Assembly: GCA_903885415.1 (NCBI GenBank)
Contig: CAISIP010000228.1
Span: 1 to 35,384, forward strand
DNA: 35,384 nt
Direction: 5' to 3'
Origin: an uncultured beta proteobacterium
GTDB lineage: Bacteria; Pseudomonadota; Gammaproteobacteria; Burkholderiales; Burkholderiaceae_C
Shown here piece by piece: positions 17,901 to 26,961 of this stretch (within the stretch, counting starts at the first letter, position 1; every line of letters begins with the position of its first letter). The notes under the pieces were generated by a model. The model was given only the letters and a program-made list of their open reading frames with translations. It was not told the DNA's origin and did not search any database. A program made the translations under genes and the position numbers.

Positions 17901-18798
17901 GGTTTTGACGCTGGCACCCGAAACCAATGGCCATGTGGCGGTCAAGGCCTGGGCTGCACTCGGCAAGATAACGGGACGCGAGCATACGCATCTGGCGATC
18001 CACCGCGAGGACGAGAAGATTCGCTTCCGCGACATTCAGGCGCAGCCGCGCAAGATCATTTCGTCGCCGACCTGGAGCGGCATCGAGAGCGAGACCGTGT
18101 CGTACAACGCCGGCTACACCAATGTGCACGAAATGATTCCCTGGCGAACACTGACCGGTCGCCAGCACTTTTACATGGACCACCCGTGGATGATCGCGTT
18201 CGGCGAAGGATTCTCCACCTATCGTCCGCCGGTGGACCTCAAGACCACCGCCGGGATCCACGGCATTCGCTCCAATGGCAACCCGGAAATCCTGCTCAAC
18301 TTCATCACGCCGCACCAGAAGTGGGGAATTCACTCGACCTACACCGACAACCTGCTGATGCTCACGCTCAGCCGCGGGGGCCCCTGCATCTGGCTGTCTG
18401 AAGACGATGCCCGCAACGCCGGCATCGTCGACAACGACTGGGTCGAGCTGTTCAACATCAACGGCGCCATCGCGGCGCGGGCCGTGGTCAGCCAGCGGGT
18501 CAATCCCGGCATGGTGCTGATGTACCACGCACAGGAAAAAATCGTCAATACGCCGGGCAGCGAAATCACCGGCACCCGCGGGGGCATTCACAACTCGGTC
18601 ACCCGCATCGTCCTCAAGCCCACCCACATGATCGGCGGCTACGCGCAGTTCAGCTACGGTTTCAACTACTACGGAACCATCGGCACCAACCGCGACGAGT
18701 TCGTCGTCGTACGCAAGATGGTGACGGTCGACTGGCTCGACACGCCGGCCGGCGAAGAACCGGGCCGCCCCATTCAGGCGCAAGGAGAAACAACATGA
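14968..18798 (+). CDS. narG: Respiratory nitrate reductase alpha subunit (Mo-bisPGD, FS0)
   Basis: MSHFLDRL N-terminus, RSTHGVNCTGSCSW...PRGCARGASYSWY, SFYDWYCDLP and TPHQKWGIHS. 1276 aa. Confidence 0.99.
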   Translation: MSHFLDRLNYFSTPRESFSGEHGMATGEDRTWEDAYRNRWAHDKIVRSTHGVNCTGSCSWKIYVKGGIVTWETQQTDYPRTRWDMPNHEPRGCARGASYSWYLYSANRVKYPLVRARLLKYWRAARLAHDPVDAWASIAENDTQRRDYQSIRGLGGMVRASWDEVNEIIAAANIYTIKKHGPDRVIGFSPIPAMSMVSYAAGSRYLSLIGGVCMSFYDWYCDLPPSSPQVWGEQTDVPESADWYNSSFIIAWGSNVPQTRTPDAHFFTEVRYKGAKTVAVTPDYSEVAKLADIWMHPKQGTDAAVAMAMGHVILKEFYFPDGGRPRSAYFDDYVRRYTDMPMLVMLREHQLANGETVLVPDRYVRASDFNGRLGQANNPEWKTVALDASGKLVLPVGAIGFRWGPDGRADEGQWNLEAKEARHGHPVKLKLSVREGELASQETARVGFPYFGGIVSPHFPNNASGDGINDVLVRTVPVQRIALGREGDKRDALVATVFDLQVANYGVARGLPGEMAATSFDDDTPYTPAWQERITGTPRAQLITVARQFAENADKTHGKSMVIIGAAMNHWYHSDMNYRGVINMLMMCGCIGQSGGGWAHYVGQEKLRPQTGWTALAFALDWIRPPRQMNSTSFFYAHTDQWRYEKLGMEEVISPLADKKLYAGSMIDYNVRAERMGWLPSAPQLQTNPLQVVRDAASAGMEPKDYTVRALQDGSLAMSCTDPDHPANWPRNMFVWRSNILGSSGKGHEYFLKHLLGTRNGVQGKDLGAQEAKPTEVVWHDKAPEGKLDLLVTLDFRMSTTCLYSDIVLPTATWYEKNDLNTSDMHPFIHPLSTAVDPAWQSRSDWDIYKGFAKKFSEICVGHLGVEKEVVLTPLMHDTPSELAQPFEVRDWKRGECTLIPGKTAPNIQVVERDYPNVFKRFTALGPLLNKSGNGGKGIAWNTQTEVRQLGELSGLVSDEGATRGMPRIDTDIDAAEVVLTLAPETNGHVAVKAWAALGKITGREHTHLAIHREDEKIRFRDIQAQPRKIISSPTWSGIESETVSYNAGYTNVHEMIPWRTLTGRQHFYMDHPWMIAFGEGFSTYRPPVDLKTTAGIHGIRSNGNPEILLNFITPHQKWGIHSTYTDNLLMLTLSRGGPCIWLSEDDARNAGIVDNDWVELFNINGAIAARAVVSQRVNPGMVLMYHAQEKIVNTPGSEITGTRGGIHNSVTRIVLKPTHMIGGYAQFSYGFNYYGTIGTNRDEFVVVRKMVTVDWLDTPAGEEPGRPIQAQGETT

Positions 18799-20327
18799 AG
18801 GTCCGCGCGCAAATTGGCATGGTACTCAACCTCGATAAATGCATCGGTTGCCACACCTGCTCCGTCACCTGCAAAAACGTCTGGACCAGCCGACCAGGCA
18901 TGGAGTACGCCTGGTTCAACAACGTCGAGACCAAGCCCGGCATCGGCTACCCGAAGGAGTGGGAAAACCAAGACAAGTGGAACGGCGGCTGGAAGCGCAA
19001 GACCAACGGCAGCATCGAACCGCGCCAGGGCGCCAAATGGAAACTGCTGATGCGCATCTTTGCCAACCCGAACCTGCCGCAAATCGACGACTACTACGAG
19101 CCCTTCACTTTCGACTACGACCATCTGCAAAGCGCACCCGAGATGAAAGCGCCTCCGACGGCACGGCCGCGCAGCCTGATCACCGGCAAACGGATGGACA
19201 AGATCGTCTGGGGCCCGAATTGGGAGGAAATCCTGGGCGGAGAGTTCGCCAAGCGCAGCAAGGACAAGAACCTCGACGGCTTCGAGCAGATGCAAAAAGA
19301 CATGCTCGGCCAGTTCGAGAACACCTTCATGATGTATTTGCCGCGTTTGTGCGAACACTGCTTGAACCCGGCCTGCGTCGCAAGTTGTCCGTCGGGTTCG
19401 ATCTACAAGCGCGAAGAGGACGGCATCGTGCTGATCGACCAGGACAAGTGCCGCGGCTGGCGCATGTGTGTGTCGGGATGCCCTTACAAGAAAATCTATT
19501 ACAACTGGAAGAGCGGCAAGGCGGAGAAGTGTATTTTTTGCTACCCGCGCATCGAGGCCGGCCAACCCACCGTGTGCAGCGAGACATGTGTGGGTCGCAT
19601 ACGCTACCTGGGCGTCCTGCTGTACGATGCCGACCGCATCGAGGCTGCCGCCAGTGTGGAGCACGACCGCGACCTGTACCAGAGCCAGCTCGACATCTTC
19701 CTCGACCCGAACGACCCGCAGGTAATCGCACAGGCGGCCATCGACGGCGTGCCCGACAAATGGATGGAGGCGGCGCGCAATAGCCCGGTCTACAAGATGG
19801 CGGTGCAATGGAAGGTGGCGCTGCCACTGCATCCGGAGTACCGCACGCTGCCGATGGTCTGGTATGTGCCGCCGCTATCGCCGATTTCCGCTGCAGCCAA
19901 TGCCGGCGAGGTCGGGGTCAACGGGGACATTCCCGACGTGCAGCAGCTGCGCATTCCGGTGAAGTACCTGGCCAACTTGCTCACAGCCGGCGACACCGCG
20001 CCGGTGGTGCGCGCACTGGAGCGCATGCTGGCGATGCGCGCGTACCAGCGGGCAAAGCATGTGGACCAGCGCATCAATCTCGCCGTCCTGCAGCAGGTGG
20101 GGATCAGCCAGGCCGAAGTCGAGGAGATGTACCAGGTCATGGCGATCGCCAACTACGAAGACCGCTTTGTCATACCCAGCACGCACCGGGAGTACGCCGA
20201 GGACACTTTCAACATGCGCGGAGGCTGCGGCTTTAGCTTCGGCAACGGTTGCTCGGAAGGCATCGGCGAAACCAGTCTTTTCGGCAGCGCGAAAAAACGC
20301 ACTATTCCCATCCGGGCGGAGGTTTGA
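18795..20327 (+). CDS. narH: Respiratory nitrate reductase beta subunit (Fe-S)
   Basis: Cys groups CIGCHTCSVTC, CEHCLNPACVASC, CRGWRMCVSGC and CIFCYPR. ATGA overlap with narG. Confidence 0.99.
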   Translation: MKVRAQIGMVLNLDKCIGCHTCSVTCKNVWTSRPGMEYAWFNNVETKPGIGYPKEWENQDKWNGGWKRKTNGSIEPRQGAKWKLLMRIFANPNLPQIDDYYEPFTFDYDHLQSAPEMKAPPTARPRSLITGKRMDKIVWGPNWEEILGGEFAKRSKDKNLDGFEQMQKDMLGQFENTFMMYLPRLCEHCLNPACVASCPSGSIYKREEDGIVLIDQDKCRGWRMCVSGCPYKKIYYNWKSGKAEKCIFCYPRIEAGQPTVCSETCVGRIRYLGVLLYDADRIEAAASVEHDRDLYQSQLDIFLDPNDPQVIAQAAIDGVPDKWMEAARNSPVYKMAVQWKVALPLHPEYRTLPMVWYVPPLSPISAAANAGEVGVNGDIPDVQQLRIPVKYLANLLTAGDTAPVVRALERMLAMRAYQRAKHVDQRINLAVLQQVGISQAEVEEMYQVMAIANYEDRFVIPSTHREYAEDTFNMRGGCGFSFGNGCSEGIGETSLFGSAKKRTIPIRAEV

Positions 20328-20329
20328 CC

Positions 20330-21049
20330 ATGTCTTCTGTTTGCAATCGAACAACGCCAGCTGCGCGCAGCCTGCGCGTTCTGGCTGCCCTGCTGGGCTA
20401 CCCCGACGCTGAACGGCGTGGCTTTCTGCCGCAAATGGGCCAAGTGCTGCGGCAGGAAGCGGCGCTTTCAGCCGCAGCAGTCAGCGCGATCGAAGTTCTG
20501 ATCGGCGAACTGGCCGGCGGCGATCCGCTGGACGTGGAGGCCGACTATGTCGCGCTGTTTGACCGCGGTCGAGCCACCTCGCTGCACCTGTTCGAACATG
20601 TGCACGGGGACTCACGCGAGCGGGGCCCGGCCATGGTCGACCTGGCGCAAACCTACGCGCAGGCCGGGTTATTGCTGGCACCTGGCGAGTTGCCGGACTA
20701 CCTTCCGGTGGTGCTGGAGTTCGTGTCGACCCAGCCCGCGGCCGAGGCGCAGGCTTTTCTGGCGGAGATGGCGCATATCTTCGGCGCCATTTTTTCGGCA
20801 TTGCAGCAGCGCGGCAGTCCGTACGCCTGCGTGCTGGGTGCACTGCTGGAAATTGCCGGCGAGCCGATCGTGGCATCGGCGCCACTGGCAGGGCCGGAGC
20901 CGGAACAGGGCCTCGACGCGACCTGGGCCGAACCGCTGGCATTTGACGGCTGTTCGACCAAGGGACAGGCCAAGCCCGGTCAGGAACAGGTGCTGCATTT
21001 CGTCCCGCGCACGCAGCCGCACAGCGCCCAACCAGGGGCAGCAGCATGA
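20330..21049 (+). CDS. narJ: Nitrate reductase molybdenum cofactor assembly chaperone
   Basis: LLGYPD, YVALFDRGRATSLHLFEHVHGDSRERGPAMVDL and ELPDYLPVVLEF. GGAGG SD before ATG 20330. Confidence 0.96.
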   Translation: MSSVCNRTTPAARSLRVLAALLGYPDAERRGFLPQMGQVLRQEAALSAAAVSAIEVLIGELAGGDPLDVEADYVALFDRGRATSLHLFEHVHGDSRERGPAMVDLAQTYAQAGLLLAPGELPDYLPVVLEFVSTQPAAEAQAFLAEMAHIFGAIFSALQQRGSPYACVLGALLEIAGEPIVASAPLAGPEPEQGLDATWAEPLAFDGCSTKGQAKPGQEQVLHFVPRTQPHSAQPGAAA

Positions 21050-21789
21050 GCAACATGCAGGTCTACCTGCACCACTTTGCGTTCGTCGTGTACCCCTACA
21101 TCTGCCTGTCGGTCTTCCTGATGGGGAGTCTGGCCCGCTTTGACCGGGACCAGTACACTTGGAAGAGCGATTCCTCCCAGCTGCTACGGGCAGGATCGCT
21201 GCGCTGGGGCAGCAATCTGTTTCATGTCGGCATCCTGTTCCTGTTCTTTGGCCACTTCGCCGGGTTGCTGACGCCACACTGGATTTACGAACACTTCATC
21301 ACGCCGCAGAACAAGCAACTGGTGGCCGTCTATTCGGGCGGGACTGCGGGACTGGTGTGTTTTGTCGGCCTGAGCTTGCTGCTGCATCGGCGACTGTTCG
21401 ATCCACGCATCCGGCTCACCAGCCACCGCAGCGATATCGCGATCTTGCTGATCTTGTGGTTTCAGCTGGTGATCGGTCTTGCGACCCTGCCGCTTTCGCT
21501 CGGACACCCGGACGGCAGTGCGATGCTCGCGCTGTCCGACTGGGCCCAACGCGTTGTGACTCTGCGTCCGAATGCCGATGGCCTACTGAATCTGGACTGG
21601 CCCTTCAAGCTGCACCTGGTGCTGGGCATGACGATATTCTTGCTATTCCCGTTCAGCCGGCTGGTTCATGTATGGAGCGGCTTTGCCACGGTCGCATTCC
21701 TTTTCCGTCCCCACCAGTTGGTGCGTAGCCGCCGTTTGAACCTGCCGGCCGGCCATAACCAGCCGCACCAGCGCAGCGCCCATCTCTGA
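21046..21789 (+). CDS. narI: Respiratory nitrate reductase gamma subunit (cytochrome b)
   Basis: YPYI, RFDRDQYTWKSDSSQLL, heme ligands in FHVGI..FFGH and LHLVLG..FPFSRLVH. ATGA overlap with narJ. Confidence 0.97.
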   Translation: MSNMQVYLHHFAFVVYPYICLSVFLMGSLARFDRDQYTWKSDSSQLLRAGSLRWGSNLFHVGILFLFFGHFAGLLTPHWIYEHFITPQNKQLVAVYSGGTAGLVCFVGLSLLLHRRLFDPRIRLTSHRSDIAILLILWFQLVIGLATLPLSLGHPDGSAMLALSDWAQRVVTLRPNADGLLNLDWPFKLHLVLGMTIFLLFPFSRLVHVWSGFATVAFLFRPHQLVRSRRLNLPAGHNQPHQRSAHL

Positions 21790-21813
21790 AACCGCAACCA
21801 CGAGAAGCAATCC

Positions 21814-22629
21814 ATGTCACCCGACACACCCTGCGTTGATCACACGCCAGCACCCCCCGGTGCCTCGCCGGTGGCGACGGTCAACGGTGTGCCGCTGCAC
21901 ACCGCCCAATCAATCCCGGACACCGGCACGCTTCGCCAGCGCGCCTGCACCGAGCTGCTGCGGCAAGCGGCTCAGGAAGCTGGGCTGCTGTCCAACGATG
22001 ACCAGGCCAATACCGACGGCGTATGCACCGAGGCTGCGAGCGACGCCATCGAGGCGCTGCTCGACAGCGCATTACAGATACCCGAGGCGTCCGATGCAGC
22101 GTGTCGTCGCCACCACGCCGCACACGCCAGACGCTACCGCAGTGGCGAGAAAGTCCGCGCCCGCCACATTTTGTTCGCCGTCACGCCAGGCGTCGATGTG
22201 CAAGCGCTTCGCAACCGCGCAGAAGCCTGCCTGCTCGACCTGCGTTGCCACGTTGGCGCGCAGGACGACTGCTTTGCCAGCGCCGCACGGGAGTTGTCGA
22301 ATTGCCCTAGCGCGGCGCTAGGCGGCGAACTGGGCTGGCTGAGCGCGGCCGACTGCGCGGCGGAATTTTCCAAAGAGCTGCTCGGGCATCCAGGGGTCGG
22401 CGTGCTGCCGCACTTGGTGCACAGCCGCTTCGGACTGCATGTGGTCGAGGTGCTGCAGCGCGAACCCGGCCTTGCCCAGGACTACGCTGCGGTCAGCGGC
22501 GCAGTCGCCATGGAACTGCGCCAGCAAAGCTATGTGACCGCGTTGCGCCAGTACCTGCTGCTGCTTGCAGGCAGCGCCACCGTGCAAGGGGTGGACCTTG
22601 AGTCGACGGACACGCCCCTAGTGCAGTGA
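21814..22629 (+). CDS. PpiC/parvulin-type peptidyl-prolyl isomerase (NifM-like, nar-associated)
   Basis: VATVNG, VRARHILF, ARELSNCPSA..GGELG and SRFGLHVV. Position directly after narI. Confidence 0.88.
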   Translation: MSPDTPCVDHTPAPPGASPVATVNGVPLHTAQSIPDTGTLRQRACTELLRQAAQEAGLLSNDDQANTDGVCTEAASDAIEALLDSALQIPEASDAACRRHHAAHARRYRSGEKVRARHILFAVTPGVDVQALRNRAEACLLDLRCHVGAQDDCFASAARELSNCPSAALGGELGWLSAADCAAEFSKELLGHPGVGVLPHLVHSRFGLHVVEVLQREPGLAQDYAAVSGAVAMELRQQSYVTALRQYLLLLAGSATVQGVDLESTDTPLVQ

Positions 22630-22667
22630 GCGCTTCGCCGCCACTCGGCCATGCGCCCGGGGCCGCC

Positions 22668-22683
22668 CCGCACGCGCGTGCGG
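22668..22683. repeat. Perfect 16-bp palindrome between convergent genes
   Basis: CCGCACGCGCGTGCGG, in the short spacer between the PPIase and ligase stop codons. Confidence 0.6.
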
Positions 22684-22686
22684 TCG

Positions 22687-24411
22687 CTAGGAATTTTCCG
22701 CCTCCTGAAGCTGGCGCCACATCACCTTGCCGCTGCCGCTCTTTGGCAACGCGTCGACAAAGGCCACCATTCGCGGCGCCTTGTAAACCGCCATGGTGGC
22801 ATGGCACCAGCGGACGATATCCTGCTCGCTGACGGTTCCACGGCACGAAGGCCGCAAAACCACAATCGCCTTGACGGTCTCGCCGCGGTAGCTGTCTTTT
22901 GCCGCAATCACGCAGGCCTCCTGGATGGCCGGGTGGCCAAACAGGAGCGCTTCCACCTCGGCCGGCCACCCTTTGAAGCCCGACGCGTTGATCATCCGCT
23001 TGAGCCGGTCGGTGATGAAGAAATAGCCGTCCTGATCGATCCGGCCAAGGTCGCCCGATCGGAAGAAGCGCTTGCCGTCGATCGTGATGAAGGCCGCCGC
23101 CGTGGCTTCCGGTCGCTTCCAATAGCCAAGGAAGTTCTGTGGGCCGCAAATCACAATTTCGCCCTGCTCTCCGACCGGCATTTCCTGCAGCGTCTGCGGA
23201 TCGACTACCCGCGCGTCGGTTCCCATATAGGGGATTCCAAGGCACTGTTGCTTGCCCGCGCCGTAGGGGTTGAAATGCGATGGCGCTGCGGTCTCTGTCA
23301 GCCCATAGCCCTCCAGGTAGTGCAGTCCATAACGCTCCAAAAGGCGTTGCGCGACGGCCTGCGGCATGGCCGCGCCGCCGCCGCCAATATGCACGATCGA
23401 CGACAGGTCGTACTGCTCGAGATTCGGACTCGCCAGCAGGTCGATCACCATGGTCGGTATATTGGCCCAATGCGTTACACGGCAGGCGGCGATCAGCCGT
23501 CCCGCAAGCTCGCGGTCCCACCGCGGCATGATGACCAAAGTCGCCCCTACATAGATGGCGCAGTGCATCACGCTGACCATCCCGGTCACATGAAACATCG
23601 GCACCACCGCCAGCGACACATTGTCGGCCGATGTTGCGCCCAGCAGCGCCGCCGCCGCCACCTGGTGCATGACGCTCGCGTGTGCGTGCATGCAGCCCTT
23701 GGGAAGCCCGGTGGTGCCGCTGGTGTAGGGCAGCAGCGCAAGGTCGCCTGGCTCGGCCTCGTGCGCGAGCTTATCGACGCTGCAGGCCAGCGCCTGTGCC
23801 CAGTCGATGACTGTGCCGCCCAGTAGTTCCGGGGCCCGGTGGCGCCGCGTTAACCAATCCATCCAGGCAGCAGGCGGCGCCTGCTCACCCTGCACCCGTT
23901 CATCGAAGGCATCGGCGAAATGCGTCACGATCACATGCGACAGGCGCTGCGGGGGCTCCAGCGCGTTGCTGGCACGGGCGAGTTCGTCCGCCAGGTCGGC
24001 GGTGGTGATAGCGCAGCGAGCGTCCGGGTCGGCAATGTAGTGCTTGAGTTCCTCACAGCGGTTCATCGGGTTGACCGGGACCACCACCGCGCCGGCGCGC
24101 AATATGGCCCAATGCGCGGCCACCAGTTGGGGACAGTTCTGCATGTTGAGCAGAACCCGATCACCCACTCGCACGCCGATCTGGTGCAAGAAAGAAGCAA
24201 GCCGCTGCGCCTGTTCGTCCAACTGCCGGTAGCTGAGCACCGAGCCGAAGAACACCAGAGCGGCCTTGTCGGGATAGCGCATGGCGCTGACGGACAGGTT
24301 GTGCCACAGCGCGGTCGCCGGTGGCGTGATGCGCCACGGCGTGCGCTTGGGCCAGAATGTGTGGTGCGCGCGAAACGCAGAACGGTCCGCCGGAGATGAT
24401 GGGAAGGTCAT
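22687..24411 (-). CDS. Long-chain fatty-acid--CoA ligase / AMP-binding enzyme
   Basis: Motifs YTSGTTGLPKG, EGYGLTET, FRSGDLG, DRLKRMINASGFK and LPKSGSGK. AGGAG before ATG 24411. Confidence 0.92.
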   Translation of the reverse strand: MTFPSSPADRSAFRAHHTFWPKRTPWRITPPATALWHNLSVSAMRYPDKAALVFFGSVLSYRQLDEQAQRLASFLHQIGVRVGDRVLLNMQNCPQLVAAHWAILRAGAVVVPVNPMNRCEELKHYIADPDARCAITTADLADELARASNALEPPQRLSHVIVTHFADAFDERVQGEQAPPAAWMDWLTRRHRAPELLGGTVIDWAQALACSVDKLAHEAEPGDLALLPYTSGTTGLPKGCMHAHASVMHQVAAAALLGATSADNVSLAVVPMFHVTGMVSVMHCAIYVGATLVIMPRWDRELAGRLIAACRVTHWANIPTMVIDLLASPNLEQYDLSSIVHIGGGGAAMPQAVAQRLLERYGLHYLEGYGLTETAAPSHFNPYGAGKQQCLGIPYMGTDARVVDPQTLQEMPVGEQGEIVICGPQNFLGYWKRPEATAAAFITIDGKRFFRSGDLGRIDQDGYFFITDRLKRMINASGFKGWPAEVEALLFGHPAIQEACVIAAKDSYRGETVKAIVVLRPSCRGTVSEQDIVRWCHATMAVYKAPRMVAFVDALPKSGSGKVMWRQLQEAENS

Positions 24412-24473
24412 GGAGTACGCTCCTATCGGTGGTTTGCGTCGGACTTCCATCGGAGCATAAGGGCAGCGCCCCG

Positions 24474-24488
24474 GCACCATCAAGGTGC
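24474..24488. promoter_or_regulatory. NtrC-like binding site in the ligase/aapJ divergent spacer
   Basis: GCACC-ATCAA-GGTGC is a perfect match to the GCACC-N5-GGTGC core. Confidence 0.55.
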
Positions 24489-24703
24489 GCCATCGCGCGC
24501 CGCCCGCTGTCCTTGGGGGCGCCCGCTCGTGCCGCGCAAGACGATGTGGCCCGCGCCTGCCATGCCCAGAAATTGCAGGGGGTTGCCGCCTAAACTCTGT
24601 TATTGGCCGGTGGCAAAGGCGATATAGTTGTCAGTCCTGCATTGCACCTGATCAATAATAGGCGGCAATTCCGATTTTCCGTTTCTTAACTGGAGTACAT
24701 GCC

Positions 24704-25738
24704 ATGAAATTTTCCAAGATGCACCTCGCGGTCGCTGCGGCCGCCACTCTGGGCGCGCTGGTCGCGGCCCCGGCCCACGCCGGCAAGACCATCGACACCA
24801 TCAAGGCCCGCGGACAGCTGGTCTGCGGGGTCAACCCCAACCTGGCGGGTTTCGCCGCCGCCGACAGCCAGGGCAACTACTCTGGCATGGACGTGGATAT
24901 TTGCAAGGCGGTCACCGCCACAGTACTCAACGACGCCAGCAAGGTGAAATGGGTGCCGCTCAACGCGGCGCAGCGCTTTGCCGCCCTGCAGGCCGGCGAA
25001 ATCGACATCCTGTCGCGCAACACCACCTGGACCCTGACACGCGACGCTTCACTGGGACTGACCTTCACCGGCGTCACCTACTACGACGGCCAGGGTTTCA
25101 TGGTGCCAAAGAAGTCCAAGATCACGAGCGCCAAGCAGCTCAAGGGGGCCACCGTGTGCGTGCAGTCCGGCACCACCACGGAGAAGAATCTCTCAGACTA
25201 TTCCAAGTCGATGAACCTGAACATGAAGTCGGTGGTTTTTGAAACCCAGGAAGCGACCAACAAAGCGTATTTTGCCGGCCGTTGCCAGGCCTACACGACC
25301 GACGCGTCGGGCCTGGCTTCGATCCGCAACAAGGAGGCGACGAAGCCCGATGACCACCTGATCCTGCCCGAGCTGATCTCCAAGGAACCGCTCGGGCCAT
25401 CGGTCCGTCGTGGCGACGACGAGTTCACCTCCATCGTGAAATGGGTGGTGTTCGCACTGATTGAAGCCGAGGAATACGGCATCACGCAGGCCAATGTCGA
25501 CCAGATGAAAGCCGATAGCAAGGACCCGGTCATCCAACGCATTTTGGGAACCTCCGAGGATACCGGCAAGCTGCTGGGCCTGGACAAGGACTGGGCTTAT
25601 CGCGCAATCAAGGCGACCGGCAATTACGGCGAAATCTTCGAGCGCAACGTCGGTCCGAAGTCGGCGCTGATGCTGCCACGCGGTGCAAACAATCTGTGGA
25701 ACAAGGGCGGCTTTCTGTACGCCCCCCCAGTTCGCTAA
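24704..25738 (+). CDS. aapJ: General L-amino acid ABC transporter substrate-binding protein (AapJ/BztA family)
   Basis: Signal peptide ending AHA; RGQLVCGV, LSRNTTWT..RD, YYDGQGFMV, QSGTTTE, ISKEPLGP and GNYGEIFERN. Confidence 0.93.
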   Translation: MKFSKMHLAVAAAATLGALVAAPAHAGKTIDTIKARGQLVCGVNPNLAGFAAADSQGNYSGMDVDICKAVTATVLNDASKVKWVPLNAAQRFAALQAGEIDILSRNTTWTLTRDASLGLTFTGVTYYDGQGFMVPKKSKITSAKQLKGATVCVQSGTTTEKNLSDYSKSMNLNMKSVVFETQEATNKAYFAGRCQAYTTDASGLASIRNKEATKPDDHLILPELISKEPLGPSVRRGDDEFTSIVKWVVFALIEAEEYGITQANVDQMKADSKDPVIQRILGTSEDTGKLLGLDKDWAYRAIKATGNYGEIFERNVGPKSALMLPRGANNLWNKGGFLYAPPVR

Positions 25739-25774
25739 TTGCCTGAAGCAAGCAACGGCCGGCGTGCTGCAAGC

Positions 25775-26956
25775 ATGACGCCGCCTGCCATCGAGCCAAA
25801 GTCGCGCCAATGGAATTGGCGCAGCAAGGCTTTTCGAAGCATGGTGTACCAGGTGATCGCACTGGTGGCGGTGATCGCCATGGGTGCCTACCTGGTACAC
25901 AACACGCTTCAAAACATGCGCATCCGCGGCATTCAAAGCGGCTTTGATTTCATCACGCAGCCCGCCGGCTTTTCGATCGGCGAGAGTGTCGTCCCCTTCG
26001 ACTCGGACGACAGCTACGGCAAGGCTTTCCTGGTCGGACTCTCCAACACGCTGCGCGTCGCCGTCGTCGGTATCGTTCTCGCCACCCTGCTGGGAACGCT
26101 GGTGGGCATCGGGCGCCTTTCGCAAAACTTTTTGCTGCGAACGCTCTGCGCTGTCTATGTGGAAATCTTTCGCAATGTGCCGCTGCTGTTGCAGCTGTTC
26201 ATCTGGTACTTCGTCCTGACCGAACTGCTGCCGCCCATCGAGACCGCCTTGCAGCCTATGGCAGGCGTATTTTTCAGCAAGAACGGGCTGCAGTACCCGG
26301 TGCCGGTATGGGCTGGCGGCCACTGGATGACGCTGGCCGGTCTTGCGCTCGGCGTTGTCGCAGTCTGGGCCTGGTCGCGCGCGACGCGGGCACACCTGTA
26401 CGCCACCGGCCTGGTGCGGCCCGTCTTTTGGCCGGGACTGGCCATCCTTATCGCCTGTGCCCTGCTTGGCTGGTTGGCGGGTGGTGCGCCGGGCGGCCTG
26501 GATATCCCGGAAAAGACCGAGATCAACGTCGTGGGCGGCGCAGCGCTAACCCCCGAATTCCTGACCGTGCTGGTCGGCCTGACGATCTACACCGCCTCCT
26601 ACATCGCCGAGATCGTCCGCGGCGGCATACAGGCCGTTCCCTATGGCCAGCACGAGGCGGCCGCGGCGCTGGGCCTGAGCCGGCAAATGGATGTTCGGCT
26701 AGTGCAATTGCCGCAGGCGCTGCGGGTCATCATCCCGCCGTTGACCAGTCAATACCTCAACCTCACCAAGAACTCGTCGCTCGCGGTCGCGGTCGGATAT
26801 CCGGACCTGGTATCGATCTCAAATACGTCACTCAACCAGACCGGGCGCGCCATCGAATGCATCGCGCTGGTGATGGCGTGTTACCTCACGCTGTCGCTGC
26901 TAACGGCGGCGTTTATGAATGCCTACAACAAGCGCTCGCTGATCAAGGAGCGCTAA
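25775..26956 (+). CDS. aapQ: Amino acid ABC transporter permease (AapQ/BztB family)
   Basis: GLSNTL, YVEIFRNVPLLLQ, AEIVRGGIQAV..GQ.EAA and QYLNLTKNSSLA. Confidence 0.92.
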   Translation: MTPPAIEPKSRQWNWRSKAFRSMVYQVIALVAVIAMGAYLVHNTLQNMRIRGIQSGFDFITQPAGFSIGESVVPFDSDDSYGKAFLVGLSNTLRVAVVGIVLATLLGTLVGIGRLSQNFLLRTLCAVYVEIFRNVPLLLQLFIWYFVLTELLPPIETALQPMAGVFFSKNGLQYPVPVWAGGHWMTLAGLALGVVAVWAWSRATRAHLYATGLVRPVFWPGLAILIACALLGWLAGGAPGGLDIPEKTEINVVGGAALTPEFLTVLVGLTIYTASYIAEIVRGGIQAVPYGQHEAAAALGLSRQMDVRLVQLPQALRVIIPPLTSQYLNLTKNSSLAVAVGYPDLVSISNTSLNQTGRAIECIALVMACYLTLSLLTAAFMNAYNKRSLIKER

Positions 26957-26961
26957 AGCGA

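Noticed and set aside
15109-18783. 552-aa and 520-aa minus-strand ORFs opposite narG
   Set aside because: Codon-bias shadows of a highly conserved gene.
24540-24630. Sigma54 promoter for aapJ
   Set aside because: The TGGC and TTGC elements present do not give GG-N10-GC spacing.
26308-26961. Long N-terminal extension of aapM (similar extensions on the elaB-like, EamA and triheme cytochrome ORFs)
   Set aside because: Artefact of longest-ORF calling. The extensions overlap real upstream genes and later starts fit the family sizes.
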